This document shows, piece by piece, positions 40,051-48,450 of a stretch of 64,000 nt of DNA. The stretch is from the NCBI GenBank assembly GCA_963662465.1, contig OY759599.1:1600001-1664000 (forward strand). Reading direction: 5' to 3'. The stretch's first letter is position 1. Each line of letters opens with the position of its first letter. The stretch is from Desulfatiglandales bacterium. Its GTDB lineage: Bacteria > Desulfobacterota > DSM-4660 > Desulfatiglandales > Desulfatiglandaceae. Both the position numbers and the translations under genes were made by a program. Under the pieces are notes generated by a model. It saw only the letters and a list, made by a program, of their open reading frames with translations. It was not told the DNA's origin and searched no databases.

Positions 40051-41076
40051 TTATTTTTTAAAGTGATCCCAGCCGGACAGACCCGCGGGACGGGAAATGC
40101 CGTCCGGCGACATCAGCTCAATTGCTCCTTTTTTTCCGGTGATGGTTCCGATTTCCGTTACGGGGATGTTGCTCTCCCGGGAAACGGCATCCCGAATGCC
40201 CGTCGCATGTTCAGGTGCGCAGGTCATCATCAGTTCATAATCGTCGCTTTCTTTTAAAACAAAATCCAGGGGGTTCCGTCCCGAATCCTCGGCGAATTGA
40301 TCAAGGGCTTTGCTTACCGGCAGTCGCTTCTCGTCGAGCACGGCGCCAACGCCGCTTTCGTCGCAGATATGCCTCAGATCCCCTAAAAGGCCGTCGCTGA
40401 TATCGATCATGGCATTGGCAAGGCCCAAGCGCGCAACGGCCGCCCCCTCACGGGCGCGGTGGGTGGGTTGCTGATAGGCTCTGACCAGTGGACTGTCGGT
40501 CAGGTTGTTGCCGGGTTCCGCCTCAAGCAGCATTGCAAGCCCCGCAGCCGATTGTCCCGGATATCCCGTTACCAGGATTACGTCTCCCGGTCTTGCGGTG
40601 GCGCGACGCACCATTTTGCCCGCTTCCACCTCGCCGATCAGGGTAATGTCAATAAAATTGTCGTTGTTTGATGACGTCACATTGCCGCCGATGATAACCG
40701 CATCAAGGGGATTCAATTCCGCCAGAAAACCCCGATAGACGGCTTCCACGTTCTTGAGCGGCGTACTCGCCCGCAGGCCCAGAGACACCAGGGCATAGCG
40801 GGGTCGCCCCCCCATGGCGCCGATGTCGCTGATGTTGAGGGTCATGGCCCGTCGCCCAATGTCATAGAGCGAAATGAACCCGGGCAGATAATGGCGGTTT
40901 TCCACCATGCAGTCGCAGGTCACCAGTAGATCATATCCCGGGCGGGATTGAAAGGCCGCGCAGTCGTCGCCGATGCCGAGGGTGGTTTTCGGCAGCGTGA
41001 CGCCTTCTGCTTTAATGATCTTATGGATTCGGTTGATAAGACCGAATTCCCCAATCTGCGCCAGGGTTTGGCTCAT
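40051..41076 (-). CDS. thiL: Thiamine-monophosphate kinase
   Basis: GEFGLI, GIGDDCA, NISDIGAMGG, IDISDGL, DYEL, GWDHF. Confidence 0.95.
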   Translation of the reverse strand: MSQTLAQIGEFGLINRIHKIIKAEGVTLPKTTLGIGDDCAAFQSRPGYDLLVTCDCMVENRHYLPGFISLYDIGRRAMTLNISDIGAMGGRPRYALVSLGLRASTPLKNVEAVYRGFLAELNPLDAVIIGGNVTSSNNDNFIDITLIGEVEAGKMVRRATARPGDVILVTGYPGQSAAGLAMLLEAEPGNNLTDSPLVRAYQQPTHRAREGAAVARLGLANAMIDISDGLLGDLRHICDESGVGAVLDEKRLPVSKALDQFAEDSGRNPLDFVLKESDDYELMMTCAPEHATGIRDAVSRESNIPVTEIGTITGKKGAIELMSPDGISRPAGLSGWDHFKK

Positions 41077-41087
41077 GTTAGATCCTC

Positions 41088-41321
41088 TCACAATACAACA
41101 GGAATACCTTTTCTTTTTATATCAACGAAAAATAGCGGTGGGTCATTCAGAACATCATCCAATGAGAAAGTATGAACTTCCAATCGTAAATCGATAGCTC
41201 TTCTAAATTTGCTTATCTTTTTTAGGTCGTAAAAAGGCACGCCTGCAAATTTATCTGAAACAATTGCTATATCTATATCCAGCCAATATTTTACCTGTTT
41301 ATCCTTAATCAAATCTTTCAA
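41088..41321 (-). pseudogene. Minimal nucleotidyltransferase (MNT antitoxin-type) fragment
   Basis: W.DIDIAIVS..LEVH..I..KG; N-terminal GS motif absent; AT-rich insert. Confidence 0.55.
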
Positions 41322-41360
41322 CCCTGTTACCTTCTCACCTTAAAGGAAACAACATAAGGT

Positions 41361-41464
41361 TCATCGCGGATTAACGTGATCACCCGTTCAACTGCATCCT
41401 TCGGATGGTTGACCGGGTGCGTTTGCTTTCCAGAAAACGGTGTTTTCACGTTAATCCGCGTTGA
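41361..41464. mobile_element. MITE-like element overlapping the thiE stop codon
   Basis: Terminal IR CGCGGATTAACGTGA / TCACGTTAATCCGCG; internal hairpin CACCCG-TTCAAC-CATCC-TTC-GGATG-GTTGA-CGGGTG. Confidence 0.65.
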
Positions 41465-42089
41465 GTCCAACACAAACAGCATCATGGAGTTCCCGTGCGG
41501 CTTTCCGTGGGTCCTCCCGGCAGCAGATAGCGGAAATCACGGCAATACCATAAGCTCCCGCTGACATTACATGGATTGCATTGGCTTGATCAATCCCGCC
41601 GATGGCGATGACCGGCACCGGCGTTGATGCAACGATTTGTTTGAGAAAATCAATACCGCTGACGGGCCCCGCGTCTGCCTTGCTGCCTGTGGGGTAAACG
41701 GGCCCGAAGCCCACATAATCGGCGCCTTCGCCAATGCATTTTTCGATTTCTTCCGGCGTTGCGGCGGATCCACCGATAATGCGGTCTTTTCCCAGAAATT
41801 TTCTCGCCAGAGGGATGGGGAAATCATCCTGTCCCAGGTGTACGCCATCCGCGTCGGCGGCAATGGCTACGTCGATTCGGTCATTGACGATAAAAATAGC
41901 GCCTTTCTCGGCGCACAAGCGTTTCATCTCAGTGGCGGTTTTGATCAGTTCTTTCGTGGAACCTTTTTTTTGGCGGAACTGGATGGCATCAGCCCCCCCG
42001 TCAATGGCCCTTTCCGCGAGTTCCAGGTGTGTAAAACGGTCCTGCAGTACCGTATCCGTCAGCACATGCAATCTTCCGATCTTTTTCAT
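41451..42089 (-). CDS. thiE: Thiamine-phosphate synthase
   Basis: IQFRQK, IVNDRID, GVHLGQDD, DYVGFGPVYPTGSK, AIGGI; start MKKIG. Confidence 0.95.
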   Translation of the reverse strand: MKKIGRLHVLTDTVLQDRFTHLELAERAIDGGADAIQFRQKKGSTKELIKTATEMKRLCAEKGAIFIVNDRIDVAIAADADGVHLGQDDFPIPLARKFLGKDRIIGGSAATPEEIEKCIGEGADYVGFGPVYPTGSKADAGPVSGIDFLKQIVASTPVPVIAIGGIDQANAIHVMSAGAYGIAVISAICCREDPRKAARELHDAVCVGLNAD

Positions 42090-42171
42090 TGCGGTTGTTC
42101 CCCCAGTGGTTTCTTCTTTTTGCCCTCCATTGAAATACGAACACGAGATTATTTCAATGGTATGGCGGATG

Positions 42172-43143
42172 TCAAGCCCTGGTAGCGGCGAGAAAGGCGT
42201 TGACCTCCGGGATGACCATTTCATGGGCGTCTTCCAGAATATAGTGGCCTGCATTCGGATATTCTGTCACGGAGGCGTTTGGAAAACGTTGTCGCCATTG
42301 TTTCAGAAATGCACCATCGAAACACCAGTCTTTTATTCCCCAGCAGATTTTCATGGGTTTATGCCGCAACCGGTAAAGAAGCCCTTCTGTTTCCTTTAGA
42401 CAGGCATAAGATGGATGGGACGGATTCATGGGGATGTCTTGTACAAATCGCAATAGGGCAATACGGTTTAGCCAGCTGTTGTAGGGCCACAGCAAACCGG
42501 CCCTTGCATCCTTTTCAAGGCGCCCTGCTACGGCCATTCGGGTTGCGGCCAGGGCAAAACCGTTAAAACCGCGCACTGCCAGTGTTCCGAAAAAGGGAAT
42601 GCGACAAACTGCGATCCGTTTCGGCATGCGCGTGGAACGCCACGCCGCCGTGTTGAAAACCACAAAGCGGCTGAAAAGATCAGGCCGTCGTGTGGCGACC
42701 CCCATCCCGATGGCGCCTCCCCAATCGTGGCAGATCAGCGTGATGCGCTTCAAGCCTAGATGATCCATGAGCTTTTCCAGATTGCCCATATGGTTTCGCA
42801 GGGTATAAGGATATCTTTGAGGTTTGTCGGACAATCCGCACCCCATGTGATCCGGTGCAATGATCCGGTATTCTCCCTTGAGAGCGTCCACCAGGCGCCT
42901 GAAAAAGAACGACCAGGTGGGATTGCCGTGGAGCATCAAAATCGGAGGGTTTTTGGGATTTCCTTCATCCACAAAATGGTACCGCAGGTTTTCCATCAGA
43001 AGGCAGCGACGGCGAAAGTTGTAAGATTTTTGCAGGGCCGGCGGCAGTGGTCTATGGTCTGAAATGTCGTACAAGCGTTTTTCCTCAAAGGGACTCGCGC
43101 AAAGGCGCAAAGACGCCAAGGTTTTTGAGCAAATACAGTACAA
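42172..43143 (-). CDS. Haloalkane dehalogenase/OleB-like alpha/beta hydrolase (start uncertain)
   Basis: LHGNPTWS, PDHMGCGLSDKP, HDWGG, AGHYILED. Confidence 0.85.
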   Translation of the reverse strand: MYCICSKTLASLRLCASPFEEKRLYDISDHRPLPPALQKSYNFRRRCLLMENLRYHFVDEGNPKNPPILMLHGNPTWSFFFRRLVDALKGEYRIIAPDHMGCGLSDKPQRYPYTLRNHMGNLEKLMDHLGLKRITLICHDWGGAIGMGVATRRPDLFSRFVVFNTAAWRSTRMPKRIAVCRIPFFGTLAVRGFNGFALAATRMAVAGRLEKDARAGLLWPYNSWLNRIALLRFVQDIPMNPSHPSYACLKETEGLLYRLRHKPMKICWGIKDWCFDGAFLKQWRQRFPNASVTEYPNAGHYILEDAHEMVIPEVNAFLAATRA

Positions 43144-43177
43144 TATTCTTCTTTGCGAGCGTTGCGGCTTTGCGCGA
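43095..43177. repeat. CGCAAAG-type inverted-repeat element
   Basis: TCGCGCAAAGGCGCAAAGACGCCAAG and its imperfect reverse complement at 43151-43177. Confidence 0.65.
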
Positions 43178-43384
43178 TAAAAATGACTGGGACAAGAGTA
43201 TCGCAGGCGCCGCGGAAAGGCAAGAATAAGCGCCCAATGGTCGTGGAAGTAAAATGAGAAATCCGGTTGTTGAGAAATCCGGTTGCCAGGGATAATCTCC
43301 CTATGATATCAATTAGAAAAAGACTGATCCGTTTGGCATTTTGCATATCCGTTCTTTCGGTCACTGATAAATGAGGGGAAAGCC

Positions 43385-44506
43385 ATGTCCGTATTGTTCG
43401 AAAAAAGCGAAATCAAGGGAATGATGCTGAAAAATCGGTTTGTTCGATCGGCCACCTGGGAAGGGATGGCGGCGGAAGAGGGCGCCTGCACCCGAAAAAT
43501 AACCCATGTCATGACCGAACTTGCCGAGGGTCAGGTGAGCCTCATCATCTCCAGTCATGCCTATGTACGGCCCGATGGACAGGCTGGGCCCTTCCAGCTT
43601 GGCATTTATCAGGACGAATTCATCGACGCCTACCGGGAAATGACAAAGGCCGTTCATGAGCGGGACAGCAAAATTGTACTCCAGATCACCCATGCAGGGG
43701 CTTTTGCCAGCGCTAAACTCATTGGAAAGCCCCCCCTGGCATTTTCAAGTGTTGAAGACTTCACCAAATCCCCCCGCAGGATTATGGAAAAGGACGACAT
43801 GGATGAACTGGTGGACGCTTTTGCCCAAGGGGCGCGGCGTGCCAGGGAAGCTGGATTCGATGGCGTTCAAATCCACGCGGCTCACGGATATCTCTTAAGC
43901 CAATCTCTTTCTCCTGCCTTGAACAAACGTAACGATGCCTATGGCGGAAGCTTGGAAAAACGGGCCAGGCTGGTACTGGAAGTGCTTCAGGCGGTTCGTG
44001 GTGCGGTGGGTAATGACTTCCCCATCCTTGTAAAATTGAATTCCGAGGATTTCCTTGAAGGAGGACTCACCCTGGATGATTCGGTCCAGGTAGGTGAAAT
44101 GCTGGAAAAGGGCGGAATCGATGCTATCGAATTGAGCGGTGGTACATTTTTCTCCGGAAAGCGGAATCCTTCCCGGATGGGAATTGCCACTGAAGAAAAA
44201 GAAGCCTACTTCAAGGAGGCGGCCAAAACCTTTAAGCAAAAAATACGCATCCCCTTGATCCTCGTGGGTGGGAACCGATCCTTTCAAGTGGCATCGCAAC
44301 TGGTTCAGGACGGATATGCGGATTATATCTCCATGAGCCGGCCTTTTATCCGGGAGCCCGGATTAATCAAAAGATGGGCATCTGGTGATCTGAGGAAAGC
44401 CAAATGCCTTTCCGACAATTTCTGTTTCAAGCCGGCCATGGAGGGTGAAGGGATCTATTGCGTGGTGGAAAAACGCTTAAAAGAAAAGAAGCAGTTGGAA
44501 AAGTAA
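43385..44506 (+). CDS. NADH:flavin oxidoreductase (old yellow enzyme family)
   Basis: KNRFVRSAT, QITHAG, GFDGVQIHAAHGYLLSQ, YGGS, SRPFIREP. Confidence 0.93.
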   Translation: MSVLFEKSEIKGMMLKNRFVRSATWEGMAAEEGACTRKITHVMTELAEGQVSLIISSHAYVRPDGQAGPFQLGIYQDEFIDAYREMTKAVHERDSKIVLQITHAGAFASAKLIGKPPLAFSSVEDFTKSPRRIMEKDDMDELVDAFAQGARRAREAGFDGVQIHAAHGYLLSQSLSPALNKRNDAYGGSLEKRARLVLEVLQAVRGAVGNDFPILVKLNSEDFLEGGLTLDDSVQVGEMLEKGGIDAIELSGGTFFSGKRNPSRMGIATEEKEAYFKEAAKTFKQKIRIPLILVGGNRSFQVASQLVQDGYADYISMSRPFIREPGLIKRWASGDLRKAKCLSDNFCFKPAMEGEGIYCVVEKRLKEKKQLEK

Positions 44507-44510
44507 TCCC

Positions 44511-45371
44511 TCAGATGCGCAGCAGCAGGATGGACGCCATGGTCAGAAAAATCCCGGTGATTCGCCACCGGTTGAGCCTTTCTTTGTAAATCAGGGCGGA
44601 TAATATGACGGCGATGACAAAATGCATGGCTGTGATCGATGTGATGATGGAAAGGGGCCCGGTGGAAAGGGCCTTGAGATAGCAGTAAAATCCCGCCAGG
44701 TTGATCAATCCCATGAAAAAACCGATTATGAGAGCGTCCTTGTGGTTTTCATTTGCATCGACGGACTGCGCTTTGTTGCGAAAACCAAAGGAAAGAAGGG
44801 TGGCAAAGGTATATGAAACAGCCATAAAGGCCATTTTGTTGGCATAAAGGGCCGCGAATTTGCTCGATATGGATGCCAGGGCGCCGGCCAGGATGGAGAT
44901 GCCGATGAACAGAAATCCTAATCTTCTGTTTCCATGGGGGCTCTCTTTTTCGCCCGTATCCCGGGCCAGAACCACCACGGCCCCCAGGGCCAGAAAAATT
45001 CCCATTCCCTGGTAAACGGACAGAATATCCCCGAAATAGAAAATGGAAAAAATAACGACGATGGCGGCATTGAGCCGAATGACCGGATAGGCGATACCGG
45101 CGGGAATCCGCTTGAGGGCTTCCATATTGCTCATGGTGGCAATAAAAAAGGTCAGGCTGTTGGCCAGGGCGATAAACAACAGAAACCCGATGTTTTGAAC
45201 CGTTTCACCTTGGGCGAAAAAAAGAATCGTACTCAAAAATGCCACGGTGCCCATGAAGGAAAAACTGGTCCAGGCGGAATTGCATCGCCGTTCCGCCGAA
45301 ACCTTGTACAGGAATCTCTGAACGCCCAGAAAAAACAGGGCAATGGCGGCGAATGTATACCAGTCGGCCAT
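44511..45371 (-). CDS. EamA/DMT family transporter
   Basis: About 10 TM segments in two repeats. Confidence 0.85.
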   Translation of the reverse strand: MADWYTFAAIALFFLGVQRFLYKVSAERRCNSAWTSFSFMGTVAFLSTILFFAQGETVQNIGFLLFIALANSLTFFIATMSNMEALKRIPAGIAYPVIRLNAAIVVIFSIFYFGDILSVYQGMGIFLALGAVVVLARDTGEKESPHGNRRLGFLFIGISILAGALASISSKFAALYANKMAFMAVSYTFATLLSFGFRNKAQSVDANENHKDALIIGFFMGLINLAGFYCYLKALSTGPLSIITSITAMHFVIAVILSALIYKERLNRWRITGIFLTMASILLLRI

Positions 45372-45490
45372 CAGCCTGTTTGTTGGAGGTCCTTGGCCCC
45401 CATCCGAAGATCGGGATTGAAAGCCCGAGCCATTTTGAAAAGGAGCCTGTTGAGATCGTAGGGTTTGGAAATATAGTTGTTAGGCCAAGC
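45371..45490 (-). pseudogene. Receiver-domain C-terminal remnant
   Basis: NNYISKPYDLNRLLFKMARA; its TGA overlaps the EamA ATG. Confidence 0.4.
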
Positions 45491-45696
45491 CCTTATGCAG
45501 GTTATGTTGTCAGTTCGTTTATGTTGTATGTATTTATTTCCTTCCATGGAAATCCGTAAAATTGAGATGGTTGAAGGTTGTTAACGCCCATAAATACTTT
45601 ATTGCAAAACCGGGTTGTTTGATGGTAACCATAACAAATCCATCGTTCAATTGGGGATAATTCTTATGCCGTATGCTTGTTGTGGGAGGCTCTCTA

Positions 45697-46398
45697 ATGA
45701 AAAAGCTTGATAATTTTCCAAAAATTGAGTGTCCATTCGTTCGGAAAAAGTACAAGGTAAACAGGGACCATTGGAAAAAACACGGAAAAAAATTTCAACT
45801 TCGAAACCCTGAAGTGTATTTGGTCACGCCGGAAGTTACCCCGGAATATGAATGGGTTTTTGAGGATGAGACCATGGCCGTTGAAAAACTGGACGGCACC
45901 AATGTTAAGCTCCTGACGGAGAATGGCCGGTTGACTTCTCTGTATAACAGGAAAAACCCCATTGATCCTTTACAAATCATAAAAGGAAAAACATTTATAA
46001 TCGAAGGTATCTTCAGAGCGGTTCAGAAAGGATATATCGAGAAAGACGGGGAGCAGGCGGGCGAAGTGATCGGCCCAAAATTGCAGGGAAATCCTTATAG
46101 ATTGGATAATCATATTTGGTATCCTTTCAGCAAGGCGGTGAAGCATTTGTCTTATCGGTCTTTTCACGAGCACGAAAAGAATTTTGACAATTGGAGTGGA
46201 TGGTTCAAAGACCATCTGGTTTCTCGTTTTGTTGCAAAACGGAAGAAAAAATATCATGAATACCATGACGTCATGGCCGAGGGGGTTGTATTTTACAATC
46301 TGAGAAGAAAAGAAGAAGGTAAAATTTACAGGGCAAAACTGAGGCGGGACATGTTTGACTGGTATTACCGTGATGTGATTGAAATCCATGATTCCTGA
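45697..46398 (+). CDS. ATP-dependent RNA ligase-like nucleotidyltransferase
   Basis: GGAGG RBS; motif I AVEKLDGTN, GEVIG, motif IV EGVVF, motif V RAKLRR. Confidence 0.75.
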   Translation: MKKLDNFPKIECPFVRKKYKVNRDHWKKHGKKFQLRNPEVYLVTPEVTPEYEWVFEDETMAVEKLDGTNVKLLTENGRLTSLYNRKNPIDPLQIIKGKTFIIEGIFRAVQKGYIEKDGEQAGEVIGPKLQGNPYRLDNHIWYPFSKAVKHLSYRSFHEHEKNFDNWSGWFKDHLVSRFVAKRKKKYHEYHDVMAEGVVFYNLRRKEEGKIYRAKLRRDMFDWYYRDVIEIHDS

Positions 46399-46428
46399 AG
46401 GATGCACCTACACCACCAAAAGCAATGA

Positions 46429-47676
46429 CTATTGCTCAACCGAATAGGGATTTAAAAATTGCCGTTTCCAAAGAAGTTTTTTATCCACTTCATTCAACTC
46501 AGCTTCTTCGCATACGGCTTCCCAATGCTTTTCGATTGCGGCAGTCAGGTTATCGAATGTTTCGCGGGCTTCTTCCTCAGAAAGAAGGAAGTTGTGCGCG
46601 GTCTCAAGACACGTTTTGAGCCGGCTCAAATTGTTGTTTCCGGATATAAGCATCGCCTGTGAAGCCTCATTGCCGGTACGGCCTTGGGGACAAATGTCAT
46701 AGGCAGGCGTCAGGGTGAGCATTTTACCATCCCAAAACGCCGCATGGTTTCGCGCATGATCGTCGGTATTGCCGCACAGAATGTTGAAGACGAGCCGAGA
46801 AAACAGCTCTTTCAGCGTATGCTTCGGCTCGGTAAAACGGTGGCGAATGATTTCGGACAACGTTTCATAGCTGGCGTACCGCGCCATCATTTCATCCAAG
46901 CGAAACAGCGTTAGAGCGGAGACCATGGCCTTTCGCGCCCACTTGTCGCCTTTTGGTACGCGGTCAAAACGCTCGATCAAGAGTACGTCTTTGTTTGCCG
47001 CTTTGGCCAGCTTGACGGGTGAAGCGTTCAGCCCGGCCAATTCAGCCAGTCGCATGGCGATGAATTCAGCTTTAACAACGCTGTACAGATCGGTGCTGGA
47101 TGAAAACTTGGCCACGTATTTTTTGCCTTGGTCTTGAATTAAGGCTTTAGGACGAGCGCCGCCAATAGAAGTGCCATGGAACAACGCCTGATCCAGCTCT
47201 GGTGTGAGGGGCACGCCTTTCTCGACCCGTTCCGCAGATTCAATTAATTCTTCCATGCTGACATTATTAGCGGTACGTGGCACGTACTCCGTAGGAGATT
47301 GTTGAAAATCGAGCGCACCGATCCGGTCTGAACCGGACTCCAGAAGGTAGGTCAGTTCATCCAGCTCGGCTGTATCTGTGTCTGCGCCTTTAAGCCCCAA
47401 CTTTTTGTTGATAATCACACGCCGGCCCCACGCGTCGGGCGCGGCATCCCGGATACAACCGGGCATGGTCAAACCCTCAAGCAAGGGGAGCTGTCCAGCC
47501 TTTAGCGGTAATTCGGGATCGTAAATTGCGATCAAAGGTTTGCTGTCACGGATACGGTTCAAGTAGCTTTTACCGTAGTTGAACAGGATATTGCCGTTAT
47601 CAGCTTCAAGCCGTCCGGCCACGACAGGGTCGGTTTCATCCGGCAGCCATATCCAGACAAAGGCTTCTTTCTCCAT
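46429..47676 (-). CDS. hipA: HipA-family Ser/Thr kinase toxin
   Basis: DAAPDAWGR, DRIGAL, GTSIGGARPKA, LIERFDR, NTDDHARN, PAYDI. Confidence 0.92.
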   Translation of the reverse strand: MEKEAFVWIWLPDETDPVVAGRLEADNGNILFNYGKSYLNRIRDSKPLIAIYDPELPLKAGQLPLLEGLTMPGCIRDAAPDAWGRRVIINKKLGLKGADTDTAELDELTYLLESGSDRIGALDFQQSPTEYVPRTANNVSMEELIESAERVEKGVPLTPELDQALFHGTSIGGARPKALIQDQGKKYVAKFSSSTDLYSVVKAEFIAMRLAELAGLNASPVKLAKAANKDVLLIERFDRVPKGDKWARKAMVSALTLFRLDEMMARYASYETLSEIIRHRFTEPKHTLKELFSRLVFNILCGNTDDHARNHAAFWDGKMLTLTPAYDICPQGRTGNEASQAMLISGNNNLSRLKTCLETAHNFLLSEEEARETFDNLTAAIEKHWEAVCEEAELNEVDKKLLWKRQFLNPYSVEQ

Positions 47677-47733
47677 CTTAGTACCTTATCACCTGGTTTT
47701 CTGTCACAAAAAACAAGAAAATGATGGCACAGG

Positions 47734-47778
47734 AACTTAAAACCTAAAACTTAAAACTTAAAACTGCGGCTATGCCGC
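47734..47778. repeat. Heptamer repeat plus GCGGC-TAT-GCCGC hairpin between hipA and its antitoxin
   Basis: AACTTAA AACCTAA AACTTAA AACTTAA AACTGCGGCTATGCCGC. Confidence 0.8.
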
Positions 47779-47779
47779 G

Positions 47780-48118
47780 TTAGAAGTCATCGCGAACCAC
47801 TCTGGGTTTCTTGCGAACAGATTTTGGCAGTAGCGCCAGCTTTTCCTTTTTTTGAGTCAGGTATTTCGTCAGCATGCTTTCATCGGCATCAAACAGCTTG
47901 ATGCCAACAAGGGTTGCCACTTCGAACGCGGCTCCGATTTCACATTTGAGATTGCCTTTTTCGATGCGTTGCAACAGTCCTCTGGAAATACCGGCGCGAT
48001 CGGCCAATTCCTGTGCAGTGAGCTTGCGCTCATTACGCGCTTCGCGGATCAACGCGCCGAGCAAGGCAGCCGCATCGCGGCTATAACGTGAGTAGGTGCG
48101 TATGATAGACTTCGGCAT
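47780..48118 (-). CDS. XRE HTH antitoxin (HipB-like)
   Basis: LGALIREAR..LTAQELADRAGISRGLLQRIEKG; upstream of hipA. Confidence 0.88.
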   Translation of the reverse strand: MPKSIIRTYSRYSRDAAALLGALIREARNERKLTAQELADRAGISRGLLQRIEKGNLKCEIGAAFEVATLVGIKLFDADESMLTKYLTQKKEKLALLPKSVRKKPRVVRDDF

Positions 48119-48336
48119 CGTTTTTCCTCTGATTCACATATAGCCCATAAAACTGTTTAATGATTTTTCCGTGAGTCACGAAGTAATGAATAATTATCAG
48201 CTTGTCAAGACAGAATTGGTCTTTATATAGATCTTATAATGATCTTGTGGGCTATATGGAGACCATTGCCTCAACGATCGTTATCGCTTGAGACCAAAAA
48301 ATATTGACGAATCATTTGTTTCGTGAGATAAGGGCC

Positions 48337-48437
48337 ATGGTCTCGTAAAAAGTCCGATTTTGGTCTTTTTAGCACCTCTAAACCATTGATATCATTAGGT
48401 GTGAATTTCGGTTTTTTTTGACTTTTTACGGGACCAT
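48337..48437. mobile_element. MITE with 18-bp terminal inverted repeats
   Basis: ATGGTCTCGTAAAAAGTC ... GACTTTTTACGGGACCAT (17/18 match); internal TTGATATCAT. Confidence 0.75.
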
Positions 48438-48450
48438 CAAGGGTAAGGAT

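Noticed and set aside
43255..43285. Tandem TGAGAAATCCGGTTG duplication
   Set aside because: Two copies only; could be an operator, but nothing supports a function
42090..43380. TPP riboswitch ahead of the thi genes
   Set aside because: I could not find the CTGAGA/ACCTGA core arrangement on the minus strand
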